Below are positions 39,389-50,968 of a DNA stretch of 64,000 nt, one piece after another. This DNA is from Ophelia neglecta (lineage: Eukaryota). Both the position numbers and the translations under genes were made by a program. The notes below the pieces were generated by a model. That model had not been told where the DNA came from. It saw nothing but the letters and a program-made list of their open reading frames with translations, and made no database searches. The DNA lies in assembly GCA_965285935.1 (NCBI GenBank), contig OZ260665.1, positions 49,786,001 through 49,850,000 on the forward strand, read 5' to 3'. The stretch's first letter is position 1. Each line of letters begins with the position of its first letter.

Positions 39389-39724
39389 GTATGTACATTT
39401 ATTATTACTTAGAATTTATCAAGAAAGATAATTATGCAAAGTACTTTTATAAGTGCAAGAGGAAAGGTCCAGAAGGCATTATAGTGGTGAAGTGGATAAG
39501 ACTGAAGACAACTGGTGAAGAACAAACAAGTTTGCAAGCATGATGACGACTTTATTGAAATTAAACTCAAGAATGAAAACGTGCATAGCACACGCTCTCG
39601 GAGCCGCGCAAAATTAGTGAAACAGGAACATAATGAAAATAGATGGTTTATTTTAAACCATCTATTTTCAACAGTGTTGACCAATTAGTATAACAAACTT
39701 TATTTTGCTGTTTTCCACATTTAG

Positions 39725-39844
39725 CGGAGAGGGAGGAAAGTCCTGGTCCTCGCATGAAGGAGGAGGAATACGACGAGAACGCCTACCTGTCAGGACAGAT
39801 AGGGGTTGTCAGCGGAGTACCTCCTAAACCAATGCCAGTTCATA
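39725..39844 (+). CDS. Gene B exon 16: type-B repeat (missed by the ORF track)
   Basis: 120 nt, phase 1-1; EEEYDENAYLSGQIGVVSGVPPKP. Confidence 0.86.
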
Positions 39845-40198
39845 GTAGGTTCCGTTTAGAAGAGCAAATACGTTAATATTGTATTCATTTGAACGCCATA
39901 CCAATTGTCACAGTATAAGAGAGTATATTGTGTGCGGGCAATAACGAAAATAACTGGTTACCACTTGAAACAATTACCCGTACTGGTAATCTTCAGTCAT
40001 TTGACTGGGTTATTATCGTGTGATTGCTCAACATGTATTTTGACTTTCGTAATTGGTTCGTAATTGCACTGTACGCCACTGAACACCCGCTTCCATATTG
40101 TGATCGTTTCACAGATAAAGGAGCAGACTCTATGATATAAGGCAAAAGTGCGATAAAGCTGCTTTAAAAATTATTTCAGTTCGTTAATATTATTTCAG

Positions 40199-40498
40199 TA
40201 CGGTCGACTGTTAAACCCCCCGGTAAAAACTTAGAGACTGAACTGCCAGACTGGGCCAAAAAAAGGCGCCAACAAAAGAGACGCCGGCGCGAGCAGCAAC
40301 CGGAAGCTATCGTGCAGAACGGGACTGCAGGACCCGAACAAAAAGCAGAGGATGATGCTAGCTTGAAACTTCGCCAGCAACAGGAACAAGAGGAGGAGGA
40401 ACGACATAAACAGCCATTCAACGAGGACGCTTTTCTGGCCGGGAAAATCAATATTCTCCGAGGATCTGTTGATAGGGAACAAGTTCCCAGAGCAGTTG
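40199..40498 (+). CDS. Gene B exon 17: type-B repeat with basic and acidic insert
   Basis: 300 nt, phase 1-1; LPDWAKKRRQQKRRR...KQPFNEDAFLAGKINILRGSVDRE. Confidence 0.87.
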
Positions 40499-43400
40499 GT
40501 AAGACTTTATACTTGCATTGCCCTACTGAAGCGACAAAAAGTATCTTTGTTGCCCTCAAGGATATATGTATATGTTTATATGTGTATAATTATAGTATAC
40601 ATATACATAAAATTATTTGCATGTTACAAGGTGATTTAATATCTAGATGACATTTGAAGTACTTTAATAAGTTGCCTTATTCATAATTAATTCATACTCT
40701 TAATTAATTCCTAGCTCTGGCCACACATTCGATATTTTAGGAGTTACTAGAGCCTTCGTTATGAAAAACAAAATTTCCTTTACTAAGTTTATTTAGATTC
40801 AACTTCTACCCAAACGTCGAAATATTTGTCTTTTTCGGAACAGATCATATGCCATTCTTTTGGTTCAAACGGAAGATGTTTGACCATTTTATTGGCTATC
40901 CGTGTTAGGTAAACATTTCGTTTAGAATGTGCCTTCATGGCAATCCGTATTTGCCACTATCTTTTCAGCTCAGCTATTAATTTATATGTGTTCCGTAGGA
41001 AACCCGTCCGTTTGAATAAGAAAAACAGAGACTTTCAGTTTTAGAAGTGGGAAAAATACAAAATAGCATAATTCATTTAAGTAGTACGCCTATCTGGCAC
41101 ATTGGCATGCAAGTCCTAACACAGTTAAGCGTGTAGTGCAGAGCTACAATTGCCTGTTCTATTCACTCGGTTAACCAATTGAGTGTTTTCAAAAAGTGGT
41201 TAGCTGAATGTTATATTGTGACAAAACGATCGCTTTAGCCCTTCTTTATAATTATTAAAGATAACACCTCAATCTGATGAAATGTTTGATTTTCGTATTA
41301 TTATTCCAACAGTGTGTAAATGCTTATGCGAAATGACAGTGGCAGAGACTTGGAACATAGATGTATTGCGGTTCCACGAATTAAAATTAAAACCTCCCAT
41401 ATAAAATACGCCTATAATTGATGTCCTGTATCAAATACATGTACATGTATAGCAGATAAATACTTTATAAATACATAGCCTGTGGAATAAATTATTAATG
41501 TAACTCGCTGAAAACAATGCTCGTCACCCTCGCCTCTCCTGTCCCCCTCGTCATGCCCATGGCCACCCTCTTCAGGCCGTTCATGAGAATCTTTGATGTG
41601 AGCACCATAACACTTTTGTTGTCAAAAGCGACCAATTTGGTGATGCATCACCATTGAAATAATAGTTATTTGTAATAGCCCTTAGACGCAAAACTACTAC
41701 TTTTTCCTCTACAAGCCCACACGAATACTAGTAATAAACGTCACATATTCCCTTTGGCAAAGGCCCCGCAGCCACTAATGAAAATAAAAACATCATTGGT
41801 AAGACTAACAAAATATCAATAGAATATACAATATGTATATAGCTAACCCATATTATCATGTCTTCCTGTCTACCGAGATTATTCGAGATATGAGTAATCT
41901 TTGCCAGTTTTATATTTGGTTCTTACGTTTCAAAGTCTCGGAACTTTTATTTCGCTCGGAGTCGTTTTCCAAAGACAATTAACCGCGGTGCAAGAAATTA
42001 GACCTTAAAGAGCCATGTAGAATATATTACCGAACATAACAAATAATTAAATCGCTGCATCCACGCACAATTCAGTGGCTTGGAATCTTTGGTTCAATGG
42101 CATTGTGTTTGACTGCCCTCGCGTTCTTGTGTAGTCGGCCGAATGACATGTCACGTCAACATTATTCATTAAATGACGATAACCTGGAGATGCGATTTCA
42201 CAGTCCATGTAAGCGAGGCTCGCACGAGATAGTAACTGTTGTGAGAATCAGATTGTCGTCTGTTGTATGTACACCTGTTTAGGCAATTGGCTGGCAGCCA
42301 TCCTCCACCCCGAGGCACCTTCGGCCTCATTCTACATGCATGAGGCGAACTAAACCACCTCCGAGGCACAGATATTTCAGTTTCACATCGTCAAGTCAAA
42401 GGACATCATCGACTGTGTTTGGTGAAGAGCACCATGTAAATTTTCTATAAAAAAAACTCATGTGAGAAAGTGCGGATATTAATCGTTGCATTAGAAGGGG
42501 TTTAAGGATTACATATTACTCCAAAGTATAGGTTTGCTTTAAAATAAGGACAAACCTTCTAGCAGAGGGCATGGCACTAGTAAGGGACCTTAATCACAAT
42601 ACTATGAAGATACAGACAGCCATTGGACTGAGGAAATACCGCAACACTAGATCACTGAGTGCCGAGTTTGCCGACTTTTATAAACAGTGTACGGCCAGAC
42701 ATGCGCGCACCTCCCTGGCCGACTTGATTATCTCCAACTCAGGTATGGACCTCCCAGTGACGTAGTCAGTCTCCCTAAAACACCTTGTGTGGGATCGTCG
42801 GGAGGTTTTTTTTAAATTGAAACTGGTACATATTCAATTCCCTCATATCATTGGAGTTATAAATACACAATTTGTTCATAGCAGAAATGTGGTATAAAAA
42901 GTGTTTTCAGTCTAAATTGCTAGGGGCATTGGACAGCTTTCGCCGAAAGCGACCACTAATACAGGATGTCCTAATATATTTTTGACTGAAATTACCTCAA
43001 CAGCAATCGGTAGTCCTTTTAATTAATACATCGTAAAGGCAGACTAATGATGACATAACGATTAAGGGCATTATAAGTTAATAGATGTTTTATTAGTCAA
43101 TCGGTGAATTTGCACTATGGTTCACTTATGAGGATCCTTGACTTTTTTCGTTTGTTCTCAACCTTTTTGTAAATAGAAATAGCAATAACTAGAAATGGAG
43201 ATACATTTAGCCCAACTTGGAGGAATGTATCGAACACACAATTATATTGAACAGATCGTTCTCCTTGGCCTAAGACCAACAATAAGAAAAAGTCACTGCC
43301 TGTAGACAAAAGAGTTAACTGTGCAAATAATAAATCATTATTATAAAAGTTTCGGTATCGCACGGTATATATTAGGAATGGCTCCCATGACCAAGGTTTG

Positions 43401-43954
43401 TTGTCAAGGTTTGTGAACATTCTCATACTTAAAAATATTCCATTTAATTGTAATTCAAAGTTCTTGCAGTGTTATAGGAAGTTGTCAGTATTCATTCTTT
43501 CAAATGTATGTTAAAACTCTTGCGTGGAAAGTCAATAACATATTCCAATTCACTAAGAAGAATATATTAAATTTAGGCTACGTTTTACTTCAATTAATAT
43601 CTCAAATTCGCCATTTGAGACTAAAACAAATTGATTTGTCAATAGGAAGTCGCTGATCAATTACAGGTGATATTTGATGTTCATTCAATGTGCCTGGGTT
43701 ATTTTTTTCCATGGTTTGACACTTTTTAATGACTATGTAACTATAAGACGATACTTTGTAACACTCAACGCCATACTGTTAGTATAATTGACCAGATACG
43801 GCCATTAGGGTAGGAGAAGGACAAGTCCATTGGGACATCAGGAGGAATCTCGGTATGTTGAAACTCTCACCTCGACCTAACTCAGACGTGATGGGTCAGC
43901 TACTGTAATCATACTCTAGCACCTCTTTTTAAAAAAAGCTCATTAATAACTTTA

Positions 43955-44156
43955 ATGGCGGATGTAGGGTATTTCAAAGAGGTTGCGCTATCAGTGTCTA
44001 TGATTGCCTCCGTCCTGAGGGGTAGTTGACTTCAGCCCCCCACCCCCCTCCCCGCCCACTTCCATCCCCACCCCAAACCCCTCTAGAGGCTTCCTAGAAT
44101 AACTTGTGCAGGGGAGGGGTCCTAATATTCCCGTGCTGCCCCTCTAGAACAGCCAT
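43955..44156. mobile_element. Degenerate GC-rich MITE-like relic
   Basis: Imperfect terminal inverted repeats ATGGCGGATGTAG / CTAGAACAGCCAT around C-rich and G-rich internal tracts. Confidence 0.35.
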
Positions 44157-45673
44157 GGCTAATTACCTTTGTAGGTACATGTAACGAAGTCACTGGAAAT
44201 GTGCCAAACACACCCTAATGCCAGTATAATATATCCTTTGATCTACGAAACTAGAACGAAAACTGCCAATTATTTCTCAATATATACAAACCAAACCAGA
44301 TGGTGATCGACAAGGTCCGTCACCATACTAGTCAGCCTACTTGTGCATAACATAGGGGCCTGTATATACCGGCTTATTGGGCCCGCATTAAAGATAATTT
44401 AATTAAATACTTTTCAATGAAACCATAAATGCTAATACGTTATAGAAATTATGATATTTGCAATTAAAACAAATTCGAGATACATTAACTTCTATGTGGA
44501 ATTCAAACGCAATCCATTGTGTTTTGTCTTTTGGTCAAATAAATGTGGTGAATGAGATGGAATTGTCCCAACAACTGTAAATCGACATTATTTCTCATGC
44601 ATTGATACAAAATGCATGTATAAGGTCTATATATATACCAATGTGACAGTAATAAATGTCGACGCTAGTGAAATAAGTTCCCACGCTTCATCAAACAAAA
44701 TTTCAAAGCAATAAAATATCCACAACTAGATTTCATGACATTTCAGCTGCGATCCTTATAGGTGTAATCTGCCATCGAAGTAATAACAACTTCTGCAATA
44801 ACAGGCTTCGTGTATAACAAAATTATGCCTAAATAACAAAGCATTATAATCAGGCCCGGGGGCAAATAACATTCGCGGAAGGGACTGTAAAACAACCGAC
44901 TCGGTGTAATACTAACTTTGTCAGCTAAATAATTGTTGTTTTATTGCACTATAATTGAGGCGTTTTGTTTTGTGTGCTAGTGACAATTGAATAACAGACC
45001 ATGATACACATGTACATGTCATGTTCTGTCAGTAGCGATGTGCATACTAATTATTCAATCAAGAAGAATTTATGCAGGAATAAGCCGTTATGCTGTTGTG
45101 GTATGTTAACATCATGTTTTCCTACCAAAGCGCACTTTTCTAGCCTGACTATGCATAGACATGCACGATATTTTATTTCCACATGCACAGCAAATTGAGA
45201 TGAAGCATTATAACTTCAAATCAACCATCATTGGCTACCGGTAGGCTACCGGACAAATGTCCAGAACGAAAGAATCAAATGAATTTTCACTCCCCGGGGA
45301 TGATCTAGAACCGACCTGGGCCATGACGTTCACAAAATATCCTTCCTGCATTGTCTTCTTCGCACAAGTATTCAATTAAAAGTGGGTCGAAATCGGTACA
45401 AAACAATGAATTGCATCATATTTTATAGAGTGTTGGGTATTTCTGCCGTTTAATGTGTCGTGGTTTTTATTAAATTAATATAAACATGTAAGGCATATTT
45501 TACATTCATAATGTTACAGATTAAAGGCAAATTGTCAAAGCCAAACTTGTAAAATCAATCATGTGAAGATGGCAATGCACAAGTTGGAGGTTGAAACCAG
45601 CATGTTTCAGTGACACGGATGTCATCCTAGAGAGACCAGTTAGCTATCACTCAGTTTAATGTCATGTTTTCAG

Positions 45674-45823
45674 AAACCACCACTGACGACAACCTTGCCC
45701 CATGGCAGAAAGAAGAACCAGAAGAGAAAAAGGAAGAGGTTTTTGATGAGGACGCCTATCTCAGGGGCAACATACCCCTTTTGCGCCAATCTGTGGAACG
45801 AGACAGTAGCCTTCCACCAAGAG
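45674..45823 (+). CDS. Gene B exon 18: type-B repeat
   Basis: 150 nt, phase 1-1; APWQKEE...FDEDAYLRGNIPLLRQSVERD. Confidence 0.88.
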
Positions 45824-45947
45824 GTACTTTGAATAGGCTCTGTTATTGGCAGACAAGGGCGTAAATAGAAAAATAGTAACAGATTAAAGCTAAAAGCAAC
45901 TGAGCAAGATGTTTTGATAACATTTCCCTTTGCTATCTATCTGTCAG

Positions 45948-46115
45948 AGCCTCGACGACAGCAAAAGCGCCAGCGGGCGCCTTGGGAACGTGATGACCCG
46001 GATAGGGAGGAAGGCGCATGCTCAGACGCCGAATTTGATGAGAATGCCTTTCTTGCCGGGAGGATTCCTGTTGTCAGAAATAGTGTAGAAAGAGAGACCC
46101 CTCCTGCAACAAACG
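45948..46115 (+). CDS. Gene B exon 19: type-B repeat
   Basis: 168 nt, phase 1-1; APWERDD...FDENAFLAGRIPVVRNSVERE. Confidence 0.88.
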
Positions 46116-46373
46116 GTTAGCAATAACTTTAAAGGTTTCCAATTACACGACTTGCCTGGTTTTAAATTATTAAAAGACCGTTTACTGTGAGCTGTATGAA
46201 CACATGCTTATGTAAATAATGCAACGAAGCTGTTAAATAATCTTTATCAGTCCTATAAATTAATTAGTTAAAAGTTGGGTTATAATACAATGTTCCATTT
46301 CTCTATCCAAACTCAATGAGACTAGCCGTTCTCGATAACGATCTGATAAGTATATGCTACAACATTTTTGCAG

Positions 46374-46451
46374 GTGCAACCCAATTTGCTGTTATACCAT
46401 CGAGGAAGTTCAACATTTTGCGCCGTTCAGTGAGCCGCGATAGATCAATGG
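46374..46451 (+). CDS. Gene B exon 20: A/B hybrid repeat
   Basis: 78 nt, phase 1-1; ATQFAVIPSRKFNILRRSVSRDRSM; tttttgcag| acceptor and |gtaaga donor. Confidence 0.84.
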
Positions 46452-47986
46452 GTAAGAAATTCAATGGCATGCTTTTTGCCATGGTGGTTTTGGTCACGAA
46501 ACACGTGTTTCGAAAATCCCCTTCGTAATCTTGTTAATATGGTGGTTGCCTAGAAAAGGTACTTACTTTTTCTGTTATTAGCCCACGAGATTCCCATGCA
46601 CTATCAGTTATGAAGATACAATTATAATTTTGCTTCGTAACGGTACCCAAACTGTTGAATTTTATAACTAGACATTTTAACATGTCTCGTTTTGGGCCGT
46701 GTTAAACATGTTTTTAATTCAAGTGGATCGGGCATATTTAGTACACGTTCAGTGTGGCCTTCAGAAAATGGCTACGAAAAACTTCAAATTGAAAATATCA
46801 ATATATTTAAAATATTTTATTTCAGAATTATTATAATGTAAATGAAAAAAAGGGCAAATCTGATTGTTTGCACACATCTCCTTTACCAGATTAAAAGCAT
46901 GTGAATACCACCCAATTTTAACATTTGAAGCATACAAATATAACGTAAAATAAAACATATCTCCTTGGTATGTGAAATACGCCCACTCTATGCGTTGACG
47001 ATATTTCCATATTATGTATGTTTAAGTTTATGCCATGTTTGGTGAAAGCCCAACGTGATCTAGGGTTATATAAGAAATGTAGTACGATACGAAGATCATT
47101 TGGAATGAAAACTTCGTTTAAAACTCGCCATAAAAACATGGCCCAAGCACGAATTAAGCAGCATACATGAATGCTGCTTAATTTGTGGCAAGTTCACCCT
47201 TGACCTGGAGGTCCTTTGCCCGAAACCTCGACCTTTGGTTTCATTGAAATTCAGGATATGCCACTCTTGAGGAGCCACTCTTGAGGAGGAACCACTCGTA
47301 AGGCGCGACGGTAAACAATGCGGATTAACCAACTTGGTTTATTTGCGGAACCATTATATGGGCAGGCCTACAGCCATGATTCTGTAACTAGCCGTCATAA
47401 GAATCAGTAACACTTACGGCTAGTACTGCTCCCAATAAACCAAAAAAAAGCCCATTGGAGTAAGACAAAGGCTGGTGGGAAAGTAACTACGTGTATTGCA
47501 TATAACATACCATTCACAATGGTTGGAATCAATAACGCTCTAACTCACGTTCAGCCATTTTGCAGGAGGAGGAAAGCAAACTAAAAGATAAAGTTCTAAC
47601 TCAATCCCAATGACATATTTTTACGTGCAACAAAGGTCTTAATAAAGCCATTTAACTGATAAATGAAATGAATAAAATTTAGTCAGTTGGCTTCAGTCAA
47701 ATAAGTATTCAGTGTGTTACAATAATAGAATATTGCATTAGTACCAACCTAAGCGATAAAGAATATTTGGATAATGAAAGTTTCAACTTCAATTAAATTG
47801 GCAGCATTAGGAACGGGCCATTTGTGTAATTTCTTGATCGGTGTTTTGGCTGTGATTGGTACCATTTGGCGAAATCTGAGCATTGGACAACAATAACCAC
47901 GTCATAGAAAAGCAGAGAAAAGAAAGTTATATACCGGAAGCTATGGTCGTTAAAAGTCCATGGTGGAACCACTAGCCTAGTATATA

Positions 47987-48148
47987 CAGTGAAACCTGTC
48001 TAATCAGGTCAGTCAAAGGACTGGAAAAACCTAACCACATCATGTAGGTGACCTTAACACAGGCATTATAGAGATTGGGCTGTTTTTAAGTGAACATAGT
48101 GGGCAGGTGACCTTATTACAAAGGTGACCACAAACACATGTTTCACTG
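47987..48148. mobile_element. Tc1/mariner-pogo-type MITE, copy 1 (162 bp)
   Basis: TA|CAGTGAAAC ... GTTTCACTG terminal inverted repeats, internal AGGTGACC repeats, and homology to the copy at 50785. Confidence 0.8.
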
Positions 48149-48209
48149 TGGTGTATCCGCCGTACTATATCGCCTTGTACAGTGTTCTACGAATAGCATG
48201 TAAAGAAAG

Positions 48210-48233
48210 ATATATATATATATATATATATAT
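48210..48233. repeat. (AT)n microsatellite
   Basis: About 12 AT units. Confidence 0.9.
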
Positions 48234-48608
48234 GAACAATTTACAAATTCCGACTAATCAGCAAACATATTATTCAGACCACATAAAATAAGAGTATTGC
48301 CCAGTAGTCTACGACAAAATCACATATCTTTAATCTGGTATAGCCTGCTTTCGTGTGGAAGGATGTTATGATATCAGAAATCGTTCGTAGTTACAGATTG
48401 CCAGATGCAATTGATAAACCTTTGTAAATTCCTTGGTTTTGACCCGTATCTTACATGTCATTGTTGATTGTGTTTGGTTTAATTAATGCCCTGTTGACTT
48501 TCAATACATTTAAACACTTGCGTTTATTGCACATCGTCCCAATCTGCATGCCATTTCCCACCTTTTTGCATGGCATATTGGTCTATATATTCAACCCTTG
48601 GCATGCAG

Positions 48609-48767
48609 ACTCAGACGCTTGTGAGGAGGAGAAGAAAGAAAACGAATCTGACAAAGTCATCGATCACATGGCTTATTCTGGATCGAAAATACCATCAAAG
48701 ACGTTCCTCAAACTAAAGAAAAATGTTACCAGACAAACTAGTCTAGAACGGAGTCAGGTTCCTCAAG
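48609..48767 (+). CDS. Gene B exon 21: type-A repeat
   Basis: 159 nt, phase 1-1; IDHMAYSGSKIPSKTFLKLKKNV. Confidence 0.86.
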
Positions 48768-49464
48768 GTATCCATACGGAGCTATATAGACGTGGTGTGC
48801 AAATATATATAACGCGTATTGACCACTGTCCAGTCTAGAGTATAACATGTATTTTCATGCTCTACATTTTCAAAACAAACCATTTGTTTAAACCAATTGA
48901 AAAATATATTCTAAATATATTTTTTGCGAAGATAATCTCAAGAAAGTTGGTCTGTTTGGATTTTATTATCCTCTATGATGAAGCCCAAAACGAACATCTT
49001 CAGCCAATATACAGTGTCAGGGTCACGACACAAACAACACTTGATAACTCAGACATGAAAAATTCGGTTTCCAACTCCCCTAACAACTCTGAACTCAAAT
49101 ATTAATTGGAAAAATGATGTTTAAAACTTAGGCTATTTGCATCCGGTCAATTTGTATAGAACAAGATACATACGGTTAAAACAATGGTTTGCTATGAAAA
49201 AAGGGTAAAGTTGAAAAACAAAACAATAAGACAGGACTTCGTTTGCTGTTTTATGTTACTGACACGCATAAGACAAACAGCTGGGTCGGATTAGAATACA
49301 ATGAGGTAAATATTCGGGTTTGGCAGTGTACGTGGTGTAAGTCTAATTATATTACTGATAACGGTAGCAAGACAAAAAATAAAATGTTAGTTCACACTAT
49401 TTGAAAAATGTTTGCAGAAGCTTTAGCACCATTATAATATTAACGATAATTAATTTAAACACAG

Positions 49465-49622
49465 ATCCTATGGCGCGCATACGTCAAAAGGCTGTGCCGG
49501 AAGCTGGAAACATACCCCCCGTGGATAGCGCCATTGACAAGATGACCATTGACAAGCATGACCCGGAAAAATACATGGAATTTCTCAAACAAACTGTTGG
49601 GGAATCGAATGGACCAGTCAAA
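49465..49622 (+). CDS. Gene B exon 22 (penultimate exon, long isoform)
   Basis: acacag|AT ... GTC AAA|gtaatg (phase 1 to 0); DPMARIRQKAVPEAGNIPPVDSAIDKMTIDKHDPEKYMEFLKQTVGESNGPVK. Confidence 0.8.
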
Positions 49623-49744
49623 GTAATGTATCAAAACTGAGAGCACAGTTATTCAATTATATATCTTAATGGTCCTCTTTTGCCCCCGATTTCACCTCAT
49701 AATATTGCACATAATGTTTACAAAAATGGTTGACATTTTTATAG

Positions 49745-49777
49745 GTGGAAGCAGAAGAAGAAGTGACAGATTTTTAG
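49745..49777 (+). CDS. Gene B last exon 23 (long isoform): VEAEEEVTDF* (missed by the ORF track)
   Basis: tgacatttttatag|GTG in phase 0; ends with the same TDF* as exon 10a. AATAAA candidates at 51582 and 52398. Confidence 0.83.
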   Translation: MEAEEEVTDF

Positions 49778-50784
49778 ACAATGTCACCACACAAATCCTT
49801 GATTTGAAGCCGTGGATTTTACACCCTTTCATTTCAACAGTAATACATATACCTGAACATAAAAACTAGACTGGCAGAAAACAACAAACAACGCACTTCC
49901 ATTTTTATTCTACTACTTCGTAATAGTGGATCTAGTTTTTGGGTGTGCGGATGTGAGTCATTACTCAATGCAAGCATTTGTTTGTCATATTTTATTACGA
50001 GATTATAAGTGAATGGATGACAGGTATCAGTGGTTGTGTCCTAGATTCATGACTACATGATTATATATATTATGTCGATATTTGCTATATTTTAGATTAT
50101 TCTATAGACTCAGACACAGACTATTTTATTCATATTCAAAAGCAAATTCGGTTTATATATTGCAATAATATATAGTCCAGGCGATTCCCGCTGAGTTCTA
50201 TAAAAAGGCGCTCTCACGGGAGCTACCGTTTTATAATACTAGTTTTAAAAAACAAATCGTACGTTTAAAAAAAAAATGATTTGTTGTCTGTATGTTGTAA
50301 ATGGACAAATATAAAGAATTATAGGTGACATTTATTGTTAATACCGAATAATTTTTTTTTAATTCCGATTTAGGATTGGTGGCATATGAAAGAAAACCAT
50401 TTGGTAAGCAGTAATAGTATATTACATAGGGCATTTCCCAGCCACACCATCATTCTAAAGATGACTTGCAGTTAGGCATAAAGAAAAAGAAAGGGAAAAA
50501 TATATTGATAGGTTGTACGTCTATTAATGGTCATTGTATTATTTGGTGGTCCTATAGTGAGCTTCACCTAGTGTGCGATTGAGGTTAGAGTTAATACAGA
50601 AGACAGAAAATTAAATACGTAAAATAAAAATCTACAACTTAGAGTCGACCCTGATAAGAAATAATACAGGCCTACCAAACAGTACCATTTCAATAGAAGT
50701 CTCATAATATGAAACAATGGACAATCTATACCTAGAAATACCTTGGCTCCGTTAATGGTGTTCAAAAACACCGGGATTATAGTA

Positions 50785-50968
50785 CAGTGAAACCTGACTA
50801 ATCAGGTCAGTCAAGGGACTGAAATTAAGTGCCCATATTTTGCAGGTGACCTTAACATTAATAGAGAGGTCTCTTAATACAGGCACTGATGGGGAGGAGG
50901 CTATAATTTTGTGACAATATTGGACAGATGCCCTGGTTACACAGGTGACCACAAACACGTGTTTTCTG
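50785..50968. mobile_element. Tc1/mariner-pogo-type MITE, copy 2 (184 bp) with TA target-site duplication
   Basis: TA|CAGTGAAACCTGACTAATCAGGTCAGTCAAGGGACTG ... AGGTGACCACAAACACGTGTTTTCTG|TA; both ends match copy 1. Confidence 0.82.

Noticed and set aside
49623-49640. TGA at 49638 as the true end of the long isoform (VMYQN*)
   Set aside because: A phase-0 donor at 49622 joins to an exon ending VTDF*, matching the other isoform. Intron retention cannot be excluded.
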